Assembly: GCA_023430245.1 (NCBI GenBank)
Contig: JAEZBA010000159.1
Span: 1 to 33,546 of the forward strand
Direction: 5' to 3'
Origin: Pseudomonadota bacterium
GTDB taxonomy: Bacteria; Pseudomonadota; Alphaproteobacteria; Rhizobiales; Xanthobacteraceae
Length of the DNA stretch: 33,546 nt
In this document: in pieces, positions 1-9,650 of the stretch
How positions within the stretch are numbered: position 1 is the stretch's first letter
Layout of the letters: every line of letters begins with the position of its first letter
Made by a program: the position numbers and the translations under genes
Notes under the pieces: generated by a model
The model's input: only the letters and a program-made list of their open reading frames with translations
Databases searched by the model: none
What the model was told of the DNA's origin: nothing

Positions 1-264
1 GTCGCGGAGGCCGCCGTGATCGGCGTGCGCCATCCGAAATGGGATGAGCGGCCGCTGCTGATTGTTGTACCGAAGAAGGATATGAACGTCGAAAAGGACG
101 AATTGCTTGCTTTCATGCGGGGCAAGGTCGCCAATTGGTGGCTGCCCGACGACGTTGCTTTTGTCGACGAGATACCGCACACCGCCACCGGCAAGATCCT
201 GAAAACGGCATTGCGCGAACGCTTCAGGGATTACATCCTGCCAGGATCGGTGGCGGCGGAGTGA
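1..264 (+). CDS. C-terminal end of an AMP-binding acyl-CoA ligase (long-chain fatty acid-CoA / DmdB-like), truncated by window start
   Basis: Frame open from base 1: VAEAAVIGVRHPKWDERPLLIVV...VAFVDEIPHTATGKILK, the typical C-terminal A10 Lys motif of ANL-family ligases. Stop TGA at 262-264. Confidence 0.88.
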   Translation, partial: VAEAAVIGVRHPKWDERPLLIVVPKKDMNVEKDELLAFMRGKVANWWLPDDVAFVDEIPHTATGKILKTALRERFRDYILPGSVAAE

Positions 265-267
265 GCG

Positions 268-1533
268 ATGACACTGGCGGATGCGGGCACGGTTGCCGGG
301 GCGGCAAGCGGCGCAGCGCGCCCGATCCGTTTCATCGGACCGGAGAAGGATTACTGGCGGATCGTCGTGCGCGGTGCCATCCTGCTGATGGTCACGCTCG
401 GGCTGTACCGGTTCTGGCTTGCGACCGATATCCGCCGCTTCCTGTGGGCCAATACCGAGATCGAGGGTGAGTCGCTGGAATATTCGGGCACCGCGCTTGA
501 ATTGCTGCAAGGTTTCCTGTTCGCGATCGCGCTGATCCTGCCGATCTACACTGCCTTCACCATCACGGTGCTCGACCTCGGCGCGTTCGGTAATTTTCTA
601 TCCACCTCCGCGGTGCTGCTGCTCGCCTTCCTGAGCCAGTACGGCATCTACCTCGCCCGCCGCTACCGGCTGACCCGCACGGTGTTTCGCGGCCTGCGCT
701 TCCACCAGACCGGTAGCGCCATCCGCTATGCGATCTGCGCGGTGTGGTGGTGGGGCTGGACGGCGCTGACGCTCGGCTTCGCCTATCCGTTCACGCGCGC
801 GGCGCTGGAGCGCTTCAAGATGCGCCACACGTTTTACGGCGACCTGCAGGGCAGTTTCGTGGGCTCCGGCTGGCACCTGTTCATCCGCGGCTTCCTGATG
901 TGGCTCGCGGTTCTCATTCCGCTGCTGGCAACGGCCACCGCGCTGCTCTCGATCCAGTGGTCGGCGGTCATGGCGGCCTTGCGCGGCGGCGGCGACGTGA
1001 TCGGCCGGGCGGAAAAGGCAAGTCCCGGCTTTCTCGGCCAGTTCGGCTTCGCGATCGTGGCCTTGGCCGTCACCCTTTTGCTGGTGGCGCTGATATTGCC
1101 GGCCTTCCACGCCATGGTCATGCGCTGGTGGATCAACGGCATCCGCTTCGGCGAAATCGTCGCAACGTCTCATCTGCGCACGCGCGATGTGTATGTCGCC
1201 TATCTGCGCTTCATCGGCTTTCTCATCGCCTTCATCGTCGTGCTCCTGGTCGGGGTTTTCTTCGGACTGATCGTACTAGGAGCGTTTTTCGAGAGTGGCT
1301 CGATGCTGACCGAATTCGTCACAGTGGCGATGATGGTTGGTACCTACGTTGTGTTCATGCTGGGTCTGATCACGCTCTACAACGCGACGGTCACTCTTTC
1401 GGTCTGGCGGCTGACAGCCGGTTCGATCGAGTTGTCCGATACGCGGCCGATCGCTCAGGTGAAGGCGGCTGGCGATGCCAGTTCGCCGCTCGGCGAGGGC
1501 ATCGCCGACGTTCTCAATCTCGGTGGCATATGA
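268..1533 (+). CDS. DUF898 / YjgN family inner-membrane protein
   Basis: 421 aa with many TM segments. Motifs 'VTLGLYRFW..T..RR.LW', 'LEYSGT..EL', 'RYRLTRT.FRGLRF' and 'LTLG.AYP' are characteristic of DUF898. Confidence 0.85.
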   Translation: MTLADAGTVAGAASGAARPIRFIGPEKDYWRIVVRGAILLMVTLGLYRFWLATDIRRFLWANTEIEGESLEYSGTALELLQGFLFAIALILPIYTAFTITVLDLGAFGNFLSTSAVLLLAFLSQYGIYLARRYRLTRTVFRGLRFHQTGSAIRYAICAVWWWGWTALTLGFAYPFTRAALERFKMRHTFYGDLQGSFVGSGWHLFIRGFLMWLAVLIPLLATATALLSIQWSAVMAALRGGGDVIGRAEKASPGFLGQFGFAIVALAVTLLLVALILPAFHAMVMRWWINGIRFGEIVATSHLRTRDVYVAYLRFIGFLIAFIVVLLVGVFFGLIVLGAFFESGSMLTEFVTVAMMVGTYVVFMLGLITLYNATVTLSVWRLTAGSIELSDTRPIAQVKAAGDASSPLGEGIADVLNLGGI

Positions 1534-2654
1534 CCGTGTCCGTCGCAGTGGGAATGACAAGCGCGGCGGTTTACTTCGACGGTGTCACCTCGGCCCGCCA
1601 TGACGTGACCATCGAACTGAACGAGCGGGCCGTGGTGATTTTCGACCGGGCCGGCGATCTGATCGACCAATGGCCTTATCCCCGGCTGAAACATTTGTCC
1701 GCCCCTGCGCATATCTTCCGCATTGCCTTGCGCAAATCCGAAAGACTTGCGCGGCTCGAAATTGCCAACCACGACATGGCCCATGCGATCGACCTCGCCT
1801 GCCCCGACATCGACCGCACCGGGGCCAGCGCGCGCAAGGACCGGCGGCAGGCGATCGTGCTCAGTTTCCTTGCGGCTGCATCTTTGTTTGCCGTCGCGGT
1901 TTACGGGCTCCCGGCGATCGCCGACCGGCTCGCGCCGCTGGTGCCGCAAGGCATCGAGCGGCGGCTGGGCAGCGCCGCCGATACCCAGGTGCGTGCGATG
2001 CTCGACAAGGGAACCGGCAACCGCCCCTTCGAATGCGGAAGCGCGGCTGCGGAACAGGCCGGACGCGACGCTTTCGAAAAGCTGATGACGCGGTTGCAGG
2101 CGGCCGCCGGACTGCGCCTCCCGCTCCATGCGGCAGTGATCCGGCGCAATGAGGCCAATGCCATCGCCCTGCCCGGCGGCCATATCTATGTGTTCAAGGG
2201 ACTGATCGACCAGGCCGAGACGGTGGACGAGGTCGCCGGCGTCATCGCCCATGAGCTCGGCCATGTGGCCAATCGCGACGGCACCCGCGCCATTCTTCAG
2301 GCCACCGGGCTGTCGCTGATTTTTGGTATCCTGCTTGGCGATTTCGTCGGCGGCGGCGCCGTGGTGCTGGCCAGCGAATCGCTGCTCAAATCGGCCTATT
2401 CGCGCGGCGCCGAAAGCCGGGCCGACGAATATGCCGTGCGCACCATTCAGGCCGCGGGCGGCGATCCGCGCGCGCTCGGCCGGTTCCTGGCCCGAATTGC
2501 AGGAAAAACCCGCTCAGGATCGATCTTTCTCGACCATCCGGCCACCCCCGATCGGGTGGCGCGCATCAATGCCATCGCCACGCCGCAAAGTGGTGGCGCA
2601 ACCCTGCTTGACGCGGCCGAGTGGAGAGCCTTGAAACGCATCTGCGCGGACTAA
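1530..2654 (+). CDS. M48 family zinc metallopeptidase (membrane-anchored)
   Basis: ATG at 1530 overlaps the upstream TGA (ATGA). The ORF track's start at 744 is an over-extension. Motifs NAIALPGG, HELGH (HExxH), YSRGAESRAD and LDHP. One TM helix follows an N-terminal 'YFDG' domain. Confidence 0.88.
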   Translation: MTVSVAVGMTSAAVYFDGVTSARHDVTIELNERAVVIFDRAGDLIDQWPYPRLKHLSAPAHIFRIALRKSERLARLEIANHDMAHAIDLACPDIDRTGASARKDRRQAIVLSFLAAASLFAVAVYGLPAIADRLAPLVPQGIERRLGSAADTQVRAMLDKGTGNRPFECGSAAAEQAGRDAFEKLMTRLQAAAGLRLPLHAAVIRRNEANAIALPGGHIYVFKGLIDQAETVDEVAGVIAHELGHVANRDGTRAILQATGLSLIFGILLGDFVGGGAVVLASESLLKSAYSRGAESRADEYAVRTIQAAGGDPRALGRFLARIAGKTRSGSIFLDHPATPDRVARINAIATPQSGGATLLDAAEWRALKRICAD

Positions 2655-2658
2655 CGCC

Positions 2659-2706
2659 AGCACGATCCTCGAAAAGCGGTCACCGGTTTTCGGATAGAAT
2701 CATGCT
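2659..2706. repeat. Short rhizobial-type intergenic palindromic element (RIME/REP-like)
   Basis: agcacgat-cct-cgaaaa-gcggtcaccgg-ttttcg-gataga-atcatgct: nested imperfect inverted repeats. Resembles from memory the 'agcatgatccggaaaagtg..accggttttcc..aagatcatgct' repeat of Hyphomicrobiales. Confidence 0.65.
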
Positions 2707-2744
2707 GAATTGAGACCCCTCTCCGCGCAGGACACGGACATCCA

Positions 2745-3614
2745 ATGGCGCGCCGCCGGCTTCCCGACGAACCGAATTCCAAGCTTGCGGTCTGGTCGCG
2801 GCGTCTGGCGCTGTTTTCCGTGGTCGCGACCCTGATCGCCATCATCATTGTCCGCGCCGGCCTGCTCGAAGTGATGCCCGGCGTGGTGACCGTCGGCGGT
2901 GCGCTCGCCTTCGCCGCGCTTGCCATCCTGCTGGCGCTCGGTTCCTTCGTCACGATCTGGCGGCTCGGACTTGGCGGCCTTGGCTATGCCGTCACCGCAA
3001 TTTTCATCGGGGCGGCGCTTCTCGCCTATCCGGCCTATCTTGGCACCAAGGCCTACACGCTGCCGCCGATCTACGACATCACCACCGACGTTCTGGATCC
3101 TCCGGCCTTCGATGCCGTGCGCAGATTACGATCGCGTGCAACCAATCCGGCGCAATATGCCGGCCTCTATGCCGCCGAGCAGCAGCGCGAGGCCTATCCC
3201 GAGGTGACGCCGCTGGAATTGTCGGTGCCTGCGAAAACCGCCTATGACCAGGCGCTCGCCCTGGTGAACAAGCGGCGCTGGCTGGTGCTGGACGCCCGCG
3301 GACCGCAACCCAATCGCCGCGACGGCCGGATCGAGGCGGTGGCGCGAACCCCGATCATGGGCTTTCGCGACGACATCGTGATCCGCGTGCGCGGCGTCGA
3401 CGAAAGCTCGCGCGTGGATATGCGATCGTCATCGCGTTACGGCTTCCCCGATCTGGGCAGCAACGCCTCACGGATTCGCGCTTTTCTCAACACCCTCGAA
3501 CAGAATGTCGACGCCGAGCTCGAGCGCGAGGAGCGCCGCCGCCCCGCGCCCAAGGAGAAAGCGCCGGCGCCGGCGCCCAAATCCAAACAGGGCACGCCTC
3601 AGGCCAAGCGATAA
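2745..3614 (+). CDS. DUF1499 domain-containing membrane protein
   Basis: Three N-terminal TM helices. Motifs 'LPPIYDITTD..DPP.F', 'IEAVART.IMGFRDD.VIRV' and 'RVDMRSSSRYG..DLGSNA.RI'. Lys/Pro-rich tail. Confidence 0.88.
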   Translation: MARRRLPDEPNSKLAVWSRRLALFSVVATLIAIIIVRAGLLEVMPGVVTVGGALAFAALAILLALGSFVTIWRLGLGGLGYAVTAIFIGAALLAYPAYLGTKAYTLPPIYDITTDVLDPPAFDAVRRLRSRATNPAQYAGLYAAEQQREAYPEVTPLELSVPAKTAYDQALALVNKRRWLVLDARGPQPNRRDGRIEAVARTPIMGFRDDIVIRVRGVDESSRVDMRSSSRYGFPDLGSNASRIRAFLNTLEQNVDAELEREERRRPAPKEKAPAPAPKSKQGTPQAKR

Positions 3615-4510
3615 TGCCCCGCGATCGAGGGCACGCCCTCGGTCACGACTTTGCCGCGCGCGACCAGGTCTTCCAGATGCGCCAGTACCGATAGGCCGGC
3701 AGCGCCGATCAACCGCGGATCAATCCCGATATAGATCGCACGCACCAGGGTCGGAATATCGGCCGCCCCCTTCGCGAGCCGGTGCAGGATCGATTCCTCG
3801 CGCCCGAGCCGGTGGCGGATATAGCTCTGAACGAAGCGCGGTGCGTCACGAATGATGTTGCCGTGGCCCGGAAAATAGATCGTCTCCGGCCGCTTCGCGA
3901 TCTTGGTGAGCGAATTCATGTAGTCGCTCATGGCGCCGTCCGGCGGCGCAACGATCGAGGTCGACCAGCCCATGACATGGTCGCCGGAAAACAGCGCGTT
4001 GGTTTCCTTGAGCGCATAAGCCATGTGATTGGCGCAATGGCCGGGCGTCGTGATCGCCTCCAGCGTCCAACCCGCGCCTTCGATCACGTCGCCGTCGGAG
4101 AGTTTGCAATCGGGGCGGAAATCTGTATCACCGGCAGCGTCGAGCGGGTTGATTTCACCGATATGCAGCGGGCGCGAGACGCGATGCGGCCCCTCTCCGA
4201 AGGTTGGCGCGCCGGTCTTGGCCTTCAGCGCCGCTGCCGCCGGCGAATGGTCGCGATGGGTATGTGTCAGCACAATATGGCTAACGGTTTCTCCTCGTAG
4301 CGCATCGAGCAACACGCCGACATGGCGGTCGTCGTCCGGACCGGGATCGATGACCGCAACCTTACCGCGTCCGACGATGTAGGTGACCGTACCCTTGAAG
4401 GTGAAGGGGCCGGCATTGCCCACGCAGACGGCTCGTACCAGAGGCGCAATCTCCTTCACGATGCCGGTTTCGAGGTCGAAGCTCTTGTCGAAGGGAATAT
4501 CGTCGGACAT
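3599..4510 (-). CDS. MBL-fold metallo-hydrolase (LACTB2-like)
   Basis: THTHRDH, TPGH, FSGDHVM and PGHG metal motifs. Probable start MSDDIPFDK at 4510. The 3' end overlaps the convergent DUF1499 gene by 16 nt. Confidence 0.88.
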   Translation of the reverse strand: MSDDIPFDKSFDLETGIVKEIAPLVRAVCVGNAGPFTFKGTVTYIVGRGKVAVIDPGPDDDRHVGVLLDALRGETVSHIVLTHTHRDHSPAAAALKAKTGAPTFGEGPHRVSRPLHIGEINPLDAAGDTDFRPDCKLSDGDVIEGAGWTLEAITTPGHCANHMAYALKETNALFSGDHVMGWSTSIVAPPDGAMSDYMNSLTKIAKRPETIYFPGHGNIIRDAPRFVQSYIRHRLGREESILHRLAKGAADIPTLVRAIYIGIDPRLIGAAGLSVLAHLEDLVARGKVVTEGVPSIAGHYRLA

Positions 4511-4703
4511 GGATTTTGAACACGCGCTTCGTGTGGATTTCCGGGCAGATTGCATCTGCCGCGCGACTGCATCGCCTTTGCCGAAAATTTTAATCACACA
4601 CAATGCAATCGGGGCAAAAACCATTCAAGCATTGCGCGTATGCTTATGACAGATAAGCCGCAGACCGCCGGAAACCTGCCCCTCGCAAGCAAAACGGAAT
4701 GTC

Positions 4704-5867
4704 ATGTCCGAAACCCCCTCTCTCATTCAGGATCTCGAACGAGCGATCTCAACGGGTTCGCCCGCGATGCGGCTCGATGCCCTCACGCGCATGACCGACC
4801 TGTTCCTGGCTGGATCTGGCCGCCACACGGACGAGCAACTCGCGCTGTTCGACGATATCCTGATGGTTTTGATCGACACGATCGAGGTCAACGCCAAGGC
4901 TCAGTTGTCCCGCCGCCTGTCCGGGCGGCCCGACGCGCCGCAGAAGGTGGTGCGCACACTCGCTTTCGACGATTCGATCGCGGTCGCCGCCCCGATGCTG
5001 ATGCGCTCGCAGCAACTGACGGAAACCGATCTGATCGAGAATGCAAGCACCAAGAGCCAGGGGCACCTTCAGGCGATCACCCAGCGTGAAAGCCTCAGCG
5101 AGCCGGTGACGGACGTTCTGATCGAGCGCGGCAACAGCCGCGTCATCCAGTTGGTCGCGCGCAATGCCGGCGCGCGCTTCTCAGACAGCGGCTTTGGCAA
5201 ACTCGTCAGCAAGGCCGCGCATGACGAGGGTCTTGCCCGCTATGTCGGCTGTCGCCGCGATATTCCGCGGCATCATTTTGTGAAGCTGCTGGACAGCGCT
5301 TCGGCCGAAGTGCGGGCGCGGCTCATCGAAGCTAATCCGCAACTCGCCGATGTGATCGATGCGACCATCGCCGATGTGTCGTCGAGCATCGGCGATAACG
5401 TGCGCAGCACTTCTCGCGATCACGCCCGCGCCGTCGCGCGCATCAAGCGCCTGCATCGTACCGGACAATTCAGCGAAGCCGATCTGCACGCCTATGCGAA
5501 TGCCGATGACTTCGAGCGCGCAACGGTTGCGCTGGCGTCTCTCGGCGACTTCGAGATCGAGCTTGTTGAACGGGCGCTGCTGGACCGCTCGACCGACCTG
5601 ATCCTGATCCTGGCGCGCGCCGCGAAATGTTGCCGCGCTACGGCCCGCGCCATCCTGATGATGCCATCGTCCGATCGCAGGCTTTCGCCGATGGATCTGA
5701 GCGACGCGCTCTCTCAATTCGACCGGCTGCAACTCGCCACCGCGCGCTCTGCGCTCGAATTCTATCGCCTTCGCCGTAAGGCGGAGGACAAGCCGCATGT
5801 GCCGACCAATCTGGCGCTCGAATGGTATGTGCAGGCGATGCCGGCACGGCCGGGCCAGACCGGTTGA
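4704..5867 (+). CDS. DUF2336 domain-containing protein
   Basis: Motifs 'LAFDDSIAVAAP.L..S..L...DL', 'HL.AI..R..LSE.VTDVL.ERG', 'N.GARFS..GF..LV' and 'R.DIP.H.F..L' are typical of DUF2336. Confidence 0.85.
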   Translation: MSETPSLIQDLERAISTGSPAMRLDALTRMTDLFLAGSGRHTDEQLALFDDILMVLIDTIEVNAKAQLSRRLSGRPDAPQKVVRTLAFDDSIAVAAPMLMRSQQLTETDLIENASTKSQGHLQAITQRESLSEPVTDVLIERGNSRVIQLVARNAGARFSDSGFGKLVSKAAHDEGLARYVGCRRDIPRHHFVKLLDSASAEVRARLIEANPQLADVIDATIADVSSSIGDNVRSTSRDHARAVARIKRLHRTGQFSEADLHAYANADDFERATVALASLGDFEIELVERALLDRSTDLILILARAAKCCRATARAILMMPSSDRRLSPMDLSDALSQFDRLQLATARSALEFYRLRRKAEDKPHVPTNLALEWYVQAMPARPGQTG

Positions 5868-5924
5868 CGCTCGATCTGTCTATGCGGCGGAGCGTACAGC
5901 AATCAGCTTTGCGCCGCAGATAGA

Positions 5925-7649
5925 TCAGTGGATCTCCGGCTCCGGGGTCTTTTCGCCTGCGAGCAGAAAGTCGAAATCGCAGCCCTGATCGGCCTGACCG
6001 ATATGCTGCGCGAACATCGCGCCATAACCGCGTGTGTAATGCGGCTTCGGCGGTGTCCATGCGCTCTTCCGCCGAGCCAGCTCCTCGTCGCTGACATGCA
6101 GGTGGATGCGGCGGTTCTTGACGTCGACCTCGATCTCGTCGCCGGTCTGCACGAAGGCGAGCGGCCCGCCGACGAAGCTTTCCGGCGCGACATGGAGAAT
6201 GCAGGCGCCGTAGCTGGTACCACTCATGCGCGCATCCGAAATCCGCAGCATGTCGCGCACGCCCTGCTTCACCAGCTTTTTCGGAATCGGCAGCATGCCC
6301 CATTCCGGCATGCCCGGGCCGCCCTTCGGACCCGCATGCTTGAGCACCAGAATATGATCGGCGGTGACTTCGAGATCGTCGCGCTCGATCTCGCGCATCA
6401 TGTGGTTGTAGTCCTCGAATGCGATCACCTTGCCGCGATGCTGCGTAAGACGCTGGTCCGCCGCCGACGGCTTCATAACGCAGCCATTCGGCGCAAGATT
6501 GCCGGTCAGCACCGCGGTGGCGCCGCCCTCATAGATCGGATCGGACAGCGGATGGATCACCTCCGGCAGATGCACTTTTGCTCCGGCGATATTCTCGCCG
6601 AGGGTTCTGCCGGTCACCGTGATGCAGGACAGATCGAGCAGGTCGCGCAACTCCGCCATCAGCGCGCGCAGGCCGCCGGCATAATAGAAATCCTCCATCA
6701 GGTATTGGCCGGACGGCGTGATATTGGCGATCACCGGCACTTCGCGCGAAATCGTGTCAAACCGGTCCATGTCGAGCGCGATGCCGGCACGCCGCGCCAT
6801 CGCCACCACATGTACGATGGCGTTGGTCGAGCCGCCGAGCGCCATATGCACCTTGATCGCGTTGTCGAAGGCCGCTGGCGACAGGATCTTCGCAGGCGTC
6901 AGGTCTTCCCACACCATTTCGGTGATGCGCCGCCCTACTGCCGAACACATCCGTGGATGACTGGAATCCGCAGCCGGGATCGACGAGGCGCCGGGCAATG
7001 CGAGCCCCATCGCTTCGGCGATCGACATCATGGTGGCGGCCGTGCCCATCACCATGCAGGTGCCGAACGAGCGCGCGATGCCGCCCTCGATCTCGTTCCA
7101 GTCGTCGTCGGTGATGTTGCCGGCGCGCTTCTCGTCCCAGTATTTCCACACATCGGAACCCGAGCCGAGCTTCTGGCCGCGCCAGTTGCCCCGCAGCATC
7201 GGACCGGCGGGCACGTAGATCGACGGAATGCCCATCGAGATCGCGCCCATGATCAGCGCCGGCGTGGTCTTGTCACAGCCGCCCATCAGCACCGCACCGT
7301 CGATCGGGTGCGAGCGCAGCAATTCCTCGGTCTCCATCGCGAGGAAATTGCGATAGAGCATCGTGGTCGGCTTGATGAACGGTTCGGACAGCGACATCGC
7401 CGGAAGTTCGACCGGAAAGCCGCCCGCCTCCCAGACACCGCGCTTCACGTCATCCGCGCGCGACCGCAGATGCGCGTGACAGGCGTTCAGATCGCTCCAG
7501 GTATTGATGATGCCGATGACCGGCTTGCCCTCCCAGTCGGCCTTGTCGTAGCCGAATTGCCGCAACCGCGAGCGATGACCGAACGAACGCAAATCGCTAA
7601 AGCCGAGCCAGCGATGGCTGCGGAGATCTTCAGGCCGCTTCTTGCTCAT
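5925..7649 (-). CDS. araD: IlvD/Edd-family sugar-acid dehydratase, L-arabinonate dehydratase-like
   Basis: 574 aa. Three Fe-S Cys contexts (NACH, GCDKT, GTCM), GGSTNA, SDARMSGTS and a C-terminal His (EPEIH) as in pentonate dehydratases. Exact substrate cannot be proven from sequence. Confidence 0.82.
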   Translation of the reverse strand: MSKKRPEDLRSHRWLGFSDLRSFGHRSRLRQFGYDKADWEGKPVIGIINTWSDLNACHAHLRSRADDVKRGVWEAGGFPVELPAMSLSEPFIKPTTMLYRNFLAMETEELLRSHPIDGAVLMGGCDKTTPALIMGAISMGIPSIYVPAGPMLRGNWRGQKLGSGSDVWKYWDEKRAGNITDDDWNEIEGGIARSFGTCMVMGTAATMMSIAEAMGLALPGASSIPAADSSHPRMCSAVGRRITEMVWEDLTPAKILSPAAFDNAIKVHMALGGSTNAIVHVVAMARRAGIALDMDRFDTISREVPVIANITPSGQYLMEDFYYAGGLRALMAELRDLLDLSCITVTGRTLGENIAGAKVHLPEVIHPLSDPIYEGGATAVLTGNLAPNGCVMKPSAADQRLTQHRGKVIAFEDYNHMMREIERDDLEVTADHILVLKHAGPKGGPGMPEWGMLPIPKKLVKQGVRDMLRISDARMSGTSYGACILHVAPESFVGGPLAFVQTGDEIEVDVKNRRIHLHVSDEELARRKSAWTPPKPHYTRGYGAMFAQHIGQADQGCDFDFLLAGEKTPEPEIH

Positions 7650-7669
7650 GTGTTACGGTGACTTGTCAT

Positions 7670-9556
7670 TCAGGGGGATTGCTTGGCTGGCGCGCTGTCG
7701 GCTGGTTTGCCGGCCGACTGCCGCCGCTCGTACCATTGCGTCAGAATGACGATGGCTGCAAGCACCGCACCCGCTGCATCGGTCGCGACATTCGGCTCGA
7801 TCAGCAGCAGCCCACCGGCGCACAGCAGCACCCGCTGCCAGTAGCCGGCCGCGGTGATGAAATAGCCGTGCAGGCCGCCCGCAAACAGCAGGACGCCGCA
7901 GGCGGCCGTTCCGAATGCGCCGATAATCTCGGGCCACGACCCGATCATCAGCAGAGCCGGCTGGAACACGAACATGAACGGCACGATGAAGCCCGCGGCG
8001 CCGATCTTCACCGCCGCCCATCCGCTGGCCCACAAATCCGCCTTGGCGATGCCGGCGGCAGCGAACACGGCGAGCGCAACCGGCGGCGTGATCGCAGACA
8101 GCACCGCGAAATAAAGCGCGAACAGATGCGCAGCCGGCGGAATCACGCCGAGCTTGATGATCGCCGGCACCAGTAGCGCCGTCATGATGATGTAGGCCGG
8201 CGTCGTCGGCATGCCCATGCCGAGCACGATACCGGCCAGCATGGTCAGGATCAGCGCGATCACCAGCATGTCGGCGGCGAGCGTCGCGACAAATTGCGTG
8301 AACACGATGCCAAGTCCGGACAGCGTCACCACACCGATCACGATCCCAGCGCAGGCACAGGCCAGCGCCACCGGCACGGCGTTGCGGGCGCCTTCGACCA
8401 TCGCGTCGAGGATGTTGCGCAGCGTCACCGCCTCGCGCGTGGTCTTGCGTAGCGCCGCGGCCGGGAAACAGGCAGCCGTGCCACAGAGCGCGGCGAGCGG
8501 CGCGCTATAGCCGGAATACATCACGACCAGGATGATGATGACCGGCAGGAACAGGTGGCCGCGGTCGCGCATCACCTGACCGAACCGCGGCAACTCCGCG
8601 CGCGGCAGGCCGACAAGGCCTCGGCGCTTGGCCTCGAAATGCACGGCGGCGAAGCAGGCCACGTAATACAAGACCGCCGGCAGCAGCGCCCAGATGATCA
8701 CCTGCCCGTAACCGACCGCCAGAAATTCCGCCATCACGAAGGCGGCCGCGCCCATGATCGGCGGCATGATCTGGCCGCCGGTGGATGCGGTGGCCTCAAC
8801 GCCCGCGGCGAAATGGGGCGGGAAGCCGGAGCGTTTCATCAGCGGAATCGCGATCGGCCCGTCCACCATGACGTTGGCGACCGCGCTGCCGGAGATGGTT
8901 CCGAACAGGCTGGACGACATCACCGACACCTTGCCCGGTCCGCCGGCGGTGTGCCCGGTCAGCGACATGGCAAAATCCATGAACAGCTGGCCAGTCCCGG
9001 TGCGCTCCATGAAGGCGCCGAACAGCACGAAGATCAGCACATAGGATGCGGAGACCGACAGCGGGATGCCGAAAATCCCTTCGGTGGTCATGAACAGCTG
9101 ATCGAGCAGCCGCATCCATTCGAGCTTGGCGATGAACAGGCCGTAGATCAGAAACGCCAGCGCCGTGATCGGCAGCGCCCAACCGATCACCCGCCGCGTG
9201 CCTTCCAGCACCACCGCCGTTAGGATCACGCCGAAGACGATATCGGCCGTGAACAGATCGTCGATATAGAAAATCCGGGTGACGATGTATTCGTAGTAGA
9301 AGAACAGATAGAGGATCGGCGCCGCCCCGAGCGCCAGCAATGCAAAGTCGAGCGGGGTTGGCGAAAAGTTCTGGGTGCCGTGGGTGCGGAAGATCAGGAA
9401 GGTCAGCGCCAGCGCGAACAGAAGATGGGTGCCACGGAACAGGATCGCTTCCGGCGTGCCATAGATGATCGCGTTGACATGGTAAAGCACCATCGCGACC
9501 GCGACGATGGTCGTCACCACGCGCATGACACTGGCGCGGCTCCATTCGAGCTTCAT
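7670..9556 (-). CDS. TRAP transporter fused 4TM/12TM permease (TAXI-associated)
   Basis: Highly hydrophobic. Motifs 'EGIFGIP', 'GGPGKVSV..S.LFGTISGSAVANV', 'ASTGGQIMPPIMGAAAF', 'GMGMPTT.AY' and 'ITPPVALA'. Start at ATG 9556 or TTG 9562. Confidence 0.9.
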   Translation of the reverse strand: MKLEWSRASVMRVVTTIVAVAMVLYHVNAIIYGTPEAILFRGTHLLFALALTFLIFRTHGTQNFSPTPLDFALLALGAAPILYLFFYYEYIVTRIFYIDDLFTADIVFGVILTAVVLEGTRRVIGWALPITALAFLIYGLFIAKLEWMRLLDQLFMTTEGIFGIPLSVSASYVLIFVLFGAFMERTGTGQLFMDFAMSLTGHTAGGPGKVSVMSSSLFGTISGSAVANVMVDGPIAIPLMKRSGFPPHFAAGVEATASTGGQIMPPIMGAAAFVMAEFLAVGYGQVIIWALLPAVLYYVACFAAVHFEAKRRGLVGLPRAELPRFGQVMRDRGHLFLPVIIILVVMYSGYSAPLAALCGTAACFPAAALRKTTREAVTLRNILDAMVEGARNAVPVALACACAGIVIGVVTLSGLGIVFTQFVATLAADMLVIALILTMLAGIVLGMGMPTTPAYIIMTALLVPAIIKLGVIPPAAHLFALYFAVLSAITPPVALAVFAAAGIAKADLWASGWAAVKIGAAGFIVPFMFVFQPALLMIGSWPEIIGAFGTAACGVLLFAGGLHGYFITAAGYWQRVLLCAGGLLLIEPNVATDAAGAVLAAIVILTQWYERRQSAGKPADSAPAKQSP

Positions 9557-9616
9557 GAACAACGCCCCTATCCGCGCTCGCGCAAACGGCTTTTCCGTTA
9601 CACCAAAGCGAGCTTG

Positions 9617-9646
9617 AACCCGGCCGGCGTCGCCGTCGGCCGGGTT
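9617..9646. other. Intercistronic stem-loop between the TAXI SBP and permease genes
   Basis: aacccggccggcg-tcgc-cgtcggccgggtt, a 13-bp stem with one mismatch, directly after the SBP stop codon. No U-tract. Confidence 0.55.
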
Positions 9647-9650
9647 ACAC

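Noticed and set aside
744..1529. Apparent 262-aa N-terminal extension of the M48 peptidase
   Set aside because: It is an Arg-rich off-frame read through the DUF898 gene. The real start is at the ATGA overlap (1530) or at 1554.
4570..4640. AT-rich tract upstream of DUF2336 as a CtrA site
   Set aside because: There is only a single TTAA and a partial AACCAT, with no TTAA-N7-TTAA.
5872..5925. Imperfect inverted repeat between the convergent DUF2336 and dehydratase genes
   Set aside because: The stem is bulged with a long loop and no U-tracts. It may aid termination but is too weak to call.
5928..7661. 577-aa ORF antisense to the dehydratase
   Set aside because: It is a codon-register mirror of a conserved gene. 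High GC3 suppresses antisense stops, and the product has no recognisable motifs.
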